DNA from: Ruminococcus sp.
Lineage (GTDB): Bacteria; Bacillota; Clostridia; Oscillospirales; Ruminococcaceae
Reading direction: 5' to 3'
DNA length: 64,000 nt
Assembly (NCBI GenBank): GCA_015066815.1
Contig: SVNR01000001.1
Location: forward strand, 7,215-71,214
Part shown: positions 35,358 to 44,582 of the stretch, one piece after another
Layout of the letters: every line of letters starts with the position of its first letter
Position numbering within the stretch: position 1 is the first letter of the stretch
Notes under the pieces: generated by a model
Told to the model about the DNA's origin: nothing
What the model saw: only the letters and a program-made list of their open reading frames with translations
The model's database searches: none
Translations under genes and position numbers: made by a program

Positions 35358-38345
35358 ATGAATATATCAGAAACACTTATCAGCACATCTGCTGCAAAAA
35401 ATCCAAAAACCAAACAAGAAACCCGGAAAGAACTGTTGGCAGGACTTATTCTGTACACGGTATTATTTTTACTGGGCATGACAATGACAACAATAAAAGC
35501 CATATCAGAAACCGGCTCACTGCTTGGCGGCGACGGAGTAGCCCAGTATTATCCTCTGCTGCTCGACCTTCGCCGTAACACTATTGATTTTTTCAGAGCT
35601 TTGTCTGAGGGTACTCCTGTTCTCAGAATGATGAACTTCAACTTTATGTTTGGTTCTGATACTGTTTCTTATTCCTCTGTTTTTTTGCCGGCTCTGCCTT
35701 TATACATGATATCGGCACTTGTTCCGGAAAGTTCCGTAGGTCTGTTTTTTGCAGTCGTTGTGATTATTCTCTCATACTTAGCAGGTATATCAAACATTTT
35801 TATGTGCAGACACTTTAAAGCCGCCGCAATCCCAAGCGGCATCTTTTCTCTGACATACGTTTTCTGCGGAAGCTACTTTTACACCATACTCTGGAATCCT
35901 ATGTTTCTCTATATGATGATAGCGTTCCCTCTTATGATAGCCGGAATAGACAACATACTTAACGACAGAAGCTGGCTTTTATTTTCCTTCAGTGTGGCAT
36001 ACCTTGCGTTATGCGGTTTCACAATGCTTCTGTATACCCTTCCGTTTGTTATAGTATTTGCTGCTGTGAGAGTTTATTTTCTGAAAAGCTCAGGATATCT
36101 AATAAACCTTGCAAAGTATTTTCTCAAAGGATTCTTCTTTTCAGTCCTCGGAATAATCATATCTGCATTCAGCATACTGCCGTATCTATACTTTTTCTTA
36201 AGCAGTTCCCGTTCATCCGGAGGAACTCCAGAGCTTTCAAAGATGTTTATTCCTTCACTTGACAAGATAACCATCCTTTTATATCCATATGATATAGGAA
36301 ATCCTGTCGGGCTCTGCCCTGTTGTTATAATATTCATCGTTCTGTCGATCATATCTGCAAAATCCCAAAAAGAACACAAGCTCTACGAATTTATCTCCCT
36401 GCTTCTGGTTTCTCTTCCTTTTGTATGGTATGGAATAAACGCTTTTATTTATGACCTGTGCCGATGGGGTTTTGTTCCTGCATGTCTGTTTTCCTTTATC
36501 GCTGCCTTCTATGCACCGGAACTTCTGAAAATAAAAAAAAGACCGGCCATAATGCTTATAGTATATCTTGCACTGCATCTGATATTATTCCCCTTCAGAC
36601 TTGGCTTCTTATGGATAGCTCTGCTTATTATCAATGCAATAGCTACATCAAACAGCGCATGCAGAAAACTTATTGTCAGATGTTATCTTAAACAAAAAAG
36701 ATTCAAAGAAAAAAACAAGAAAGCATACAGATATACTATGTCTGGTATAATTATAATTATATCTATGGCTGTGATTTTCCTGTCTGTTATCTTTATAATG
36801 TCCCCTGATTACTCTTTGTCAAAAGGCTCTGCCATCGCATTTATCTTAACGATAATCATCTGCATCCCAGCTTTTTTCAAAAAAAGGCTAAACACTCCTG
36901 TCATAAACATCCTTGCAACAACACTTGCTTCTTTTTCAATATTATTTCCGTTCTCAGAATCAGAAAGTACATTAGATTCTGCACGCACCATCGAATATAA
37001 TGATTTTTATAAGAGTCTGACAGCATACAGTCGCGAAGAAAACTTTTTCAACAGATTTTCTGATATAAACACAGAGGCTGAAAGCTTTATATACAACTCT
37101 GACTTTGAAACACAGGAAAGTGAGACAAATATATATGGCTACTCTCTGTCTGATAAAGCAGCTAATTCTGATCCTCAGATAGATCTCGCTCTACGATATG
37201 GCTTCGCCTCATCAGAAATATTTTACAGTGTAATAGACAACGATTATATAAAATTTCTCAGGCACTGTGGAATGGACAGCTCTTCGCTTCAGACATCTGT
37301 ATCTACTATGGGCTTTAACGGAAAGGAAGCGGTCTACTCTCTTCTGGGTATAAACTATCTTTATTCGGATAATGATATCACTCATATCTACGGAATGACC
37401 CCTGACAGTTCAAAAGCATATAGGAATCAAGAAAAATATATCTATAAAAACAGTTTTGCTCTCCCTGTCGGAGTTACATACGATATTTTTTCATCTTCTC
37501 AGGACTTTGAAGCATTCAACGCAGCAGAGCTCCCGTATGCCATGATGAACTCCGTTTATCTTGAGGGCTGTGACAACCTTATATATAACAGCGACAAAAC
37601 CTACTCTAAAAAATGCAGCTTCCGGACAGAACGAGAATCCAGAGGAACAACAAAGTACGGAATAGAATGCTTTAACAACACCATAACTCTTGACGAACCC
37701 GTGAAAAACAGCTTCGTATACCTTGTTTTTTCGGGAGTGTCATACCGGACTATCCCGGAATGGGGAACAAATAACCTTACTCTTAACATCGATAACAAAA
37801 ACGAGTTTATTTATCAGATAGCAAACAACGAAAGCAGCTGGAAATGGAAGCTTACAAAGGATCTGTATGCACTCCCTGTCGGAATGTGCAGAGAAAACAT
37901 AAACAAAATAAGCTTTGTAAGCTTTTTTGAATATGACTCTCTTGAGATAATAGCTGTTCCGGAAGAAACTTATACTGAAGGGTATAAACGCATATGCAGA
38001 GAAACTCTCGAAAACGTCAGATTTCATGAAAACACCCTCACCGGAAATATAACAGTATCATCCGATAAGGTGCTGTGCATAAACCTTATCCATAACAACG
38101 GATGGAGAGCCTATATAGACGGCAAAGAAGCTCCTGTTTACAAGGCAAACGGTATGTTCCTCGGAATAAAGCTTGATAAGGGCACTCACGATGTAAGACT
38201 CGTATACAGAACCCCGATGCTGTATGAAGGAGCCATGATAACCCTGGCTACGCTATTTATAATAATAGCATATAATATTCTGAAACGAAAAAAACATACA
38301 AAAACTATAAAAGCAAAGGAAGTAATAAATAATGATAAGCTTTAA
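35358..38345 (+). CDS. YfhO-family (GT-C) polytopic glycosyltransferase 1
   Basis: GDGVAQYYP; many TM segments; YKNSFALPVG; NNGWRAYIDGK...ANGMFLGI; RBS aaggag. Confidence 0.8.
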   Translation: MNISETLISTSAAKNPKTKQETRKELLAGLILYTVLFLLGMTMTTIKAISETGSLLGGDGVAQYYPLLLDLRRNTIDFFRALSEGTPVLRMMNFNFMFGSDTVSYSSVFLPALPLYMISALVPESSVGLFFAVVVIILSYLAGISNIFMCRHFKAAAIPSGIFSLTYVFCGSYFYTILWNPMFLYMMIAFPLMIAGIDNILNDRSWLLFSFSVAYLALCGFTMLLYTLPFVIVFAAVRVYFLKSSGYLINLAKYFLKGFFFSVLGIIISAFSILPYLYFFLSSSRSSGGTPELSKMFIPSLDKITILLYPYDIGNPVGLCPVVIIFIVLSIISAKSQKEHKLYEFISLLLVSLPFVWYGINAFIYDLCRWGFVPACLFSFIAAFYAPELLKIKKRPAIMLIVYLALHLILFPFRLGFLWIALLIINAIATSNSACRKLIVRCYLKQKRFKEKNKKAYRYTMSGIIIIISMAVIFLSVIFIMSPDYSLSKGSAIAFILTIIICIPAFFKKRLNTPVINILATTLASFSILFPFSESESTLDSARTIEYNDFYKSLTAYSREENFFNRFSDINTEAESFIYNSDFETQESETNIYGYSLSDKAANSDPQIDLALRYGFASSEIFYSVIDNDYIKFLRHCGMDSSSLQTSVSTMGFNGKEAVYSLLGINYLYSDNDITHIYGMTPDSSKAYRNQEKYIYKNSFALPVGVTYDIFSSSQDFEAFNAAELPYAMMNSVYLEGCDNLIYNSDKTYSKKCSFRTERESRGTTKYGIECFNNTITLDEPVKNSFVYLVFSGVSYRTIPEWGTNNLTLNIDNKNEFIYQIANNESSWKWKLTKDLYALPVGMCRENINKISFVSFFEYDSLEIIAVPEETYTEGYKRICRETLENVRFHENTLTGNITVSSDKVLCINLIHNNGWRAYIDGKEAPVYKANGMFLGIKLDKGTHDVRLVYRTPMLYEGAMITLATLFIIIAYNILKRKKHTKTIKAKEVINNDKL

Positions 38346-39459
38346 CATCCCGCCTTTTGTCGGCACTGAACTTATGCATATAGAAACTGCAATAAAAAAT
38401 CACCGCATATGCGGTGATGGACACTTCAACAAAAAGTGTATGGCCTTCATAGAAGAACTTACAGGTACCAGAAGATGCTTTCTTACGACCTCCTGTACCC
38501 ATGCGCTCGAGATGTCTGCTATCCTTGCCGGCATACAGCCGGGAGACGAAGTAATAATGCCGTCGTATACCTTTGTATCCACGGCAGACGCTTTTGTTCT
38601 CAGAGGTGCTGTTCCTGTGTTTGTCGATATACGCCCCGACACAATGAACATAGACGAAAACCTTATCGAGGACGCTATAACTGAAAAAACCAAAGCCATA
38701 GTCCCTGTCCACTATGCCGGTGTAGGCTGTGAAATGGATAAAATAACAGCTATCGCAGACAAACACAAGCTTTTTGTAATAGAGGATGCTGCACAGGCAA
38801 TGTCTTCAAAGTACAAGGGAAAACATCTCGGTACTATAGGCGACTTCGGGAGCTACAGCTTTCATGAGACAAAAAACTACAGCATGGGAGAAGGCGGCGC
38901 ACTTCTTATAAAAGACGAACAGTTTGTCGAGAGTGCCGAAATAATCCGTGAAAAGGGAACTGACAGAAGCAAGTTCTTCCGCGGACAGGTTGACAAATAC
39001 CGCTGGGTAGACTTCGGCTCGTCATATCTGCCAAGCGAACTGAACGCTGCCTATCTCTGGGCACAGTTTGAAAAAATAAACGATATATATGATAACCGCA
39101 TGCGTGCATGGAACAGATATAACGATGCGTTTAAGGAGCTTCAGAAAAAGGGAGCCTTAGAGCTCCCCTTCATTCCTGAGCACTGCGAACACAATGCACA
39201 TATGTACTATATGAAAACAGATGATCTTAATACCCGCACCAAGCTGCTTGATCATCTCAAAGCACATGATATCCTGTCTGTATTTCACTATGTCCCGCTT
39301 CATTCTGCTCCTGCAGGCTTAAAATACGGAAGATTTTCCGGAACTGACAGGTATACCACAAAGGAAAGCGAACGTCTCTTCAGACTTCCTATGTACTATA
39401 ATATTTCCGATGATGATATAGACAAAGTTATCGGGACCGTATACAGTTTTTTTGATTAA
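38332..39459 (+). CDS. wecE: dTDP-4-amino-4,6-dideoxygalactose transaminase (WecE/RffA)
   Basis: TTSCTHALEM, PSYTFVSTADAF, EDAAQA, SFHETKN, GEGGAL, REKGTDRS. Confidence 0.9.
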   Translation: MISFNIPPFVGTELMHIETAIKNHRICGDGHFNKKCMAFIEELTGTRRCFLTTSCTHALEMSAILAGIQPGDEVIMPSYTFVSTADAFVLRGAVPVFVDIRPDTMNIDENLIEDAITEKTKAIVPVHYAGVGCEMDKITAIADKHKLFVIEDAAQAMSSKYKGKHLGTIGDFGSYSFHETKNYSMGEGGALLIKDEQFVESAEIIREKGTDRSKFFRGQVDKYRWVDFGSSYLPSELNAAYLWAQFEKINDIYDNRMRAWNRYNDAFKELQKKGALELPFIPEHCEHNAHMYYMKTDDLNTRTKLLDHLKAHDILSVFHYVPLHSAPAGLKYGRFSGTDRYTTKESERLFRLPMYYNISDDDIDKVIGTVYSFFD

Positions 39460-40415
39460 TCCTCATCTGCGTCGTCGGCCTTACTGCTGACGACGTCTTT
39501 TATTACATACTGAGGCGATCTGTTAAGACATATATATATTCTTCCCACATACTCACCTATTATACCCAGCATAAGCATAAGCATTCCGCCTATGAAAAGA
39601 AGAACAGACAACAACGAACTGTAGCCGAGAAGTACATCCGGATTTATGAGTTTTCTTATTATAGTTACAAGACCGAAAACAAAACCTATAACAGAACACA
39701 AAAAACCACACCAGGTTGCCGCTCTCAGTGGCTTTACTGAAAATGCCGTAAAACCGTTCATCCACAGAGAAACAAGCTTAGTCAGTGTATATCCGGTCTT
39801 CCCCTCGCTTCTTGAACGATGCACTACATCCACGTTTGCAAAGTTACGTGTAACTCTCAGTATAAGACCTGCAAGATACGGATATGCCCCTTCGTATTTT
39901 ATCATCTCATCTGTCACAAATCTTTTCGCACACCAGAAGCTGTTCATATCCAGATCATCGGGCTTTTCCAGAAGCACATGACACATATACTGGTTAAGCC
40001 GGCTTCCGATGTTTTCAAAAAAAGAATGTTTTTTTCTGGCATACCTTCCGAATACTGCGTCATATCCGAACTCTGTTGTATGCACAAGCTCCGGTATACT
40101 TTCAAGCGGCATCTGGCCGTCATCGTCAAGGCAGATAACCATATCTCCGCTTACGGCTCTGAAGCCTGCCATCAGCGCAGCATGCTGACCAAAGTTTTTT
40201 GAAAAGTTTATTCCTTTGGCACAGCTGCTGCTTTTGCATATTTTTTTTATTTTGTCAAAAGTACCGTCTTTTGAGCCATCGTTTACCATGATGATCTCGT
40301 ATGTATAATCACTCATCATAGTCCTCATAACATCAGCCAGTTCTTCTGTAACGGCTTCTATTGTTTTTTCTGAGTTATAACACGGTATAACAAAACTCAG
40401 CAGCTTTCCGGACAT
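39456..40415 (-). CDS. GT2 polyprenol-phosphate glycosyltransferase (ArnC/GtrB-like)
   Basis: IPCYNSE, VNDGSKD, NFGQHAALMAG, LDDDGQ; two C-terminal TM segments. Confidence 0.9.
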   Translation of the reverse strand: MSGKLLSFVIPCYNSEKTIEAVTEELADVMRTMMSDYTYEIIMVNDGSKDGTFDKIKKICKSSSCAKGINFSKNFGQHAALMAGFRAVSGDMVICLDDDGQMPLESIPELVHTTEFGYDAVFGRYARKKHSFFENIGSRLNQYMCHVLLEKPDDLDMNSFWCAKRFVTDEMIKYEGAYPYLAGLILRVTRNFANVDVVHRSRSEGKTGYTLTKLVSLWMNGFTAFSVKPLRAATWCGFLCSVIGFVFGLVTIIRKLINPDVLLGYSSLLSVLLFIGGMLMLMLGIIGEYVGRIYICLNRSPQYVIKDVVSSKADDADED

Positions 40416-40428
40416 AGTTTTTCTCCAT

Positions 40429-41547
40429 TCATAAGATTTTTTTCCATTCGTTATCAAGTGACGAGCTGTGGGCTGTTTCAAACATTTTCAGTCCTTCAAC
40501 TGAAGCGTCAGCGGAACAGATATACTCTGAGATATATCTTCCGGTTTTCTTATACTCTGTAAACATATCATATATATCACTGTAATAGTTAGCAAAGGCT
40601 TCAATAAAACCCGCCGGATGACCTATCTTGAATCTGTTGTAGCGTTCATCAAGACCTATCTCTGAATTGTTGCTGCGATCTATGATACTTGTGCAGCCAT
40701 GCTTATCAAATACCCTTAACAGCTCCGGCTCAAGCTGATACCACTCTGCTGCCTTTTCACTTCCGTAAACCTTTATCCTGAGTCCGTTTCTGTGACCGAG
40801 CGCAGCCTTACTGAACCACATATGCGCCGATATATCTGAAGTATACTTTATCATACAGGAAACATCGTCCACAACATCTTCAAAAAAACCATAGGTACTT
40901 TCCTGAGAAACTATCTCTAACGGTTTTTCTCCTGTAAGAAAATATATCATGTTATGCAGATGCGTTCCGAGATCAAGTGAGATAGTCGGGATTTCATAAT
41001 CAGAAAGTCTCCACTCCTGCGGACTGGGGATTTTTCCGTCAGCGGTATACCTGATAAAGCCTTCCTGCGGCATATGTGCTACTATTTTGTTTATTTTACC
41101 AAGTTCACCTTTTTTTATCATCTGTCTGAGCATACGTATAACTGGATAACCTGTATAATTATATGTTACACACAAAAAACTTTCCTTATCGTTTGCAGCC
41201 TCACATATCTTTTTTCCTGACTCTGCACTTGTTGCAAGAGATTTTTCACAGATAACCGGATATCCTGCCTCTATAACATCCATAACTATACGCTCGTGTG
41301 TATTTGTCGGAGTAAGTACTGCTATTATATCAACGTTTTCTTTTTCTTTTATAAGCATCTCCCTGTAGTCATCATAAACACGGGAAGTGTCTACGCCGAA
41401 CTCCTGCCCTGTCCTCGTGTTTATATCCTTGTGTCTGCTGAAAGCGCCCGCAACAAGTCTGAACCTTCCGTCCATCTGACAAGATATCTTATGTGTTCTT
41501 CCTATTGCAGAGTTTATCCCTCCGCCTATAAACGCTATATTATACAT
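40429..41547 (-). CDS. Gfo/Idh/MocA oxidoreductase
   Basis: IGGG..SAIG..H, CEKSL, YNYTGYP, DLGTH. Confidence 0.88.
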   Translation of the reverse strand: MYNIAFIGGGINSAIGRTHKISCQMDGRFRLVAGAFSRHKDINTRTGQEFGVDTSRVYDDYREMLIKEKENVDIIAVLTPTNTHERIVMDVIEAGYPVICEKSLATSAESGKKICEAANDKESFLCVTYNYTGYPVIRMLRQMIKKGELGKINKIVAHMPQEGFIRYTADGKIPSPQEWRLSDYEIPTISLDLGTHLHNMIYFLTGEKPLEIVSQESTYGFFEDVVDDVSCMIKYTSDISAHMWFSKAALGHRNGLRIKVYGSEKAAEWYQLEPELLRVFDKHGCTSIIDRSNNSEIGLDERYNRFKIGHPAGFIEAFANYYSDIYDMFTEYKKTGRYISEYICSADASVEGLKMFETAHSSSLDNEWKKIL

Positions 41548-41555
41548 AAAAGCAC

Positions 41556-42734
41556 CTACCTTACTTTGATTTTTATAAGCTCATTGATAAGAGACAGCTT
41601 TTTTGCCATCTCATGTTTATCTGAAAACTTAAGAAAAACTATGCCTGCTTTATACAGAAGCTCATTTTCTATTATGTCGCCCTCTTTCCACCATAAAAAG
41701 CTTTCCACTATATTTTGCAATATCTCTTCAGAAAAAACCACATCCTCTATAACACCCTTCCGGTTTCCCATTATACAATGACGTGTATAATATCCGTCCG
41801 GTTCTTTTCGGGTGCATGGCATAAAACCCTCTCCGGTTTCAGCACCAACTATCATATCAGGATACGGTACGCCTGTTGCTAACTCCACAAACCTGATATA
41901 GAGATCTCCGGGAGCTCTTCTGCATACTTCTATTATATACGGGATACTGTCTTCGGATAAAATATACTGTATATGCAGTATTCCGTCAACCAGACCAAGA
42001 CTTTGAGATATTGTTTCCGAGTATTCACAGAGCATGTCCGGAACGGAGTCCGGAACATCCGCCGGTGTTGATGCACCGGAAACCATATATTTGTTAAGAT
42101 AATAGTGTTCGTTGTCGGCAAAAAAGAAGATAACTTTTTTATTTTTGATAAAAGCGGAAAAACCGTGGTTGGTTCCGTCTATAAACTTCTCTATGATAAT
42201 GTGATCCTCTCTCGTCCGGCAAAAAGCATCCGAACAGGCACTGATAAGCTCAGCCTGATCACAGCACTTTTTTATTCCCTTACCGCCCGTAAGATCAACA
42301 GGCTTTACAATGACAGGATATCCAATATCACCGGCATATCTGCACGCTTCTTCCACACTGAACGACTTGTACGCCTGAGGCGTCGGCATTCCGTTATCTG
42401 CTGCAAACTTGCGGTATCTGTCCTTATGATGAAGGATCAGAGACGTCTCATAACTGTCATGGCCGGGAAGCCCGAGCTTTTCTGCAGCATAGGCCGCAGA
42501 CAGCAGTGCAAAGTCGTTGCATCCTGAGCATATAGCATCTGCCTTCACAGTACGTGCAAGCGAAAGTATAGCCTCCTTATCTGAAAAATCACAGTTTACA
42601 TACCTGTCTGAAAACTTATGACCCTGACCGTCTTCCTGATTTCCGGTCGTTATAACATAAAAGCCTTTTTTCTGTGCGGACTGTATAAGAGGTATCTCCG
42701 CATGACTGCCTCCAAGAATAAGAAGTTTTTTCAT
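41556..42734 (-). CDS. ATP-grasp enzyme
   Basis: KKLLILGG, YPVIVKPVDLTGGKG, IIEKFIDG, IIEVCRR. Confidence 0.85.
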   Translation of the reverse strand: MKKLLILGGSHAEIPLIQSAQKKGFYVITTGNQEDGQGHKFSDRYVNCDFSDKEAILSLARTVKADAICSGCNDFALLSAAYAAEKLGLPGHDSYETSLILHHKDRYRKFAADNGMPTPQAYKSFSVEEACRYAGDIGYPVIVKPVDLTGGKGIKKCCDQAELISACSDAFCRTREDHIIIEKFIDGTNHGFSAFIKNKKVIFFFADNEHYYLNKYMVSGASTPADVPDSVPDMLCEYSETISQSLGLVDGILHIQYILSEDSIPYIIEVCRRAPGDLYIRFVELATGVPYPDMIVGAETGEGFMPCTRKEPDGYYTRHCIMGNRKGVIEDVVFSEEILQNIVESFLWWKEGDIIENELLYKAGIVFLKFSDKHEMAKKLSLINELIKIKVR

Positions 42735-42742
42735 TTTTTCAC

Positions 42743-43876
42743 CTACTGCTTTTCCGGAATTGCATAGAGAACAGTCTCACACATCCACGGTGCATGCTGT
42801 CTCATATAAAACTTATACTTTATCCTATCGTTTGAAAAGCTGCTTATATATTGCGGAATAGTTATAAAATCATCTGCTCTGTGATAAACACATATTGCAA
42901 GCTTAGGATAGCATCTTCTTATTGTATCCGCTGCACCCTCAAGTGCCTTAAGCTCACTTCCCTCTATATCCATTTTTATAAGAGTAACCTCTTCACCTGA
43001 TAGCTCCTCATCTATTGTAGTAACAGGAACAGAGACTATGCTGTCCTCATCACCTGTAAACTCTGCTGCATTTTCTGCTTCATATTCATTAAAGGTTGAG
43101 GCTGACTGTTTTGAAGAATGAAACTTCAGAACATCGTTTTTGTTCCATACCCCCTTGTTTACTACTCTTATGTTTTTTCCTGAAATATTTTTCTTGATTT
43201 CTGAGTTGTTCTGTTCATCCGGCTCAAAAGCTACTATCCTGTTATACTGTCCTTTTGTATATGAAAGTATTTCTTTTATTGTATCACCTGTATAAGCTCC
43301 ACAGTCAACTATTGTTTCATTATCCTGAAGCCCGAGAAGCTCATAGTCATACTGATATCCGTCTTTGTTTCTAAGGTTCGAAAGCTCACCGGGACTATCG
43401 GAAATCTTTCCGTTAATATATGCTGCAAAAACTTTTTTTGAAAGCTCATCCTCCAGCATCTCATAGCTTTCATCAAAAAGCTCTCTGTTCTGCAGAATAT
43501 AGTCATAGGTCATTCTGAAAAAATCATAAAGATCATCTATATACCACATTTTTGTATCAGGATAGCTTTTCATAATGTCTGCCGCTCTTTCACAGTTCAT
43601 AAAAGAGATAAGGAATACATAGCCAGGAGCTTTTATCAGCTCCTCAAAAGCATAAACCTCCTTGCCCATAAACTTTTTTCCCTGTTCATAGTATTCAGAG
43701 TCAACACAATATGCGTCTGCATCTATATTATACTTTTTCAGGAAGCAGGTCTGCATCTCCGCCCGTACTCCGGCGCCATATAAAACAAGTTTTTTATTTT
43801 CTTTTTTTGATACCAGTATTTCCTTTATAACATCAAGACGATGATCCGGTGTATTTTTTATAAGCTCTATAAACAT
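42743..43876 (-). CDS. FkbM-family methyltransferase
   Basis: VDCGAYTGD, AFEPD, IKMDIEGSEL, PKLAICVYH. Confidence 0.88.
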   Translation of the reverse strand: MFIELIKNTPDHRLDVIKEILVSKKENKKLVLYGAGVRAEMQTCFLKKYNIDADAYCVDSEYYEQGKKFMGKEVYAFEELIKAPGYVFLISFMNCERAADIMKSYPDTKMWYIDDLYDFFRMTYDYILQNRELFDESYEMLEDELSKKVFAAYINGKISDSPGELSNLRNKDGYQYDYELLGLQDNETIVDCGAYTGDTIKEILSYTKGQYNRIVAFEPDEQNNSEIKKNISGKNIRVVNKGVWNKNDVLKFHSSKQSASTFNEYEAENAAEFTGDEDSIVSVPVTTIDEELSGEEVTLIKMDIEGSELKALEGAADTIRRCYPKLAICVYHRADDFITIPQYISSFSNDRIKYKFYMRQHAPWMCETVLYAIPEKQ

Positions 43877-43879
43877 TTT

Positions 43880-44233
43880 TTATCCTCCCAAAAAAACAAT
43901 AACTATACCTAAGACTATCATAAAAAGCCCTGCAAGCCTTCTTCGGCTTATTTTTTCCTTGAGCAGGACTCTTCCAAGAACCGAAACAAATATATATCCG
44001 GAAGCTTCTATAACAGGTCCTGCGGACAAGGGAACTTTCTTATATGAGTACACGGTTATAAGCGAAGAAAAGAAAAATATAAAGTATGCAGACAGAACAT
44101 ATGGATTCATATATTCCTTAAGTCTGCTTTCATACTGTTTTCCAGCGCCTTTTTTTAGTATTATCTGCGAAACAGATGATATAAAAACCGAAAAAATGAA
44201 GATGCAGACTGATACTGCCATACTACTGTTCAT
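43880..44233 (-). CDS. Small EamA/SMR protein (ArnE/F-like flippase subunit)
   Basis: Four TM segments; SQIILKKG, PLS.GP, LKEKIS. Confidence 0.75.
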   Translation of the reverse strand: MNSSMAVSVCIFIFSVFISSVSQIILKKGAGKQYESRLKEYMNPYVLSAYFIFFFSSLITVYSYKKVPLSAGPVIEASGYIFVSVLGRVLLKEKISRRRLAGLFMIVLGIVIVFLGG

Positions 44234-44582
44234 TTTCTGTCACCACCATCAGAATCCCCACTATAACTATCAGTGCCCCTGCAAGCTTAACAGGAGAAAG
44301 CTGTTCTGAAAAAAACACCCTTCCGAGAACCAGCCCCCATACTACTGTTATTCCCTTGTTTGCATATGCGGCAGTCAGACTCATTTTCTTCAGTATCTGC
44401 TGCCACAGTATCGCATATACGAAAAGATTTATAATCACTATCCCATAAAAGCATATATACTCAGGAGATAAAAACTTTTCAGCTGAAGCAAGCTTGGAAA
44501 ATATCCCTCCAAAAGAATACATAAACAGTATAAGATGCAGAAGCAGATAATTTTTTACCTGCGAAAACCTCTCTTTTATCAT
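44223..44582 (-). CDS. Small EamA/SMR protein (ArnE/F-like flippase subunit)
   Basis: Four TM segments; WQQILKKMSLTAAYA, FFSEQLS. Confidence 0.75.
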   Translation of the reverse strand: MIKERFSQVKNYLLLHLILFMYSFGGIFSKLASAEKFLSPEYICFYGIVIINLFVYAILWQQILKKMSLTAAYANKGITVVWGLVLGRVFFSEQLSPVKLAGALIVIVGILMVVTENEQ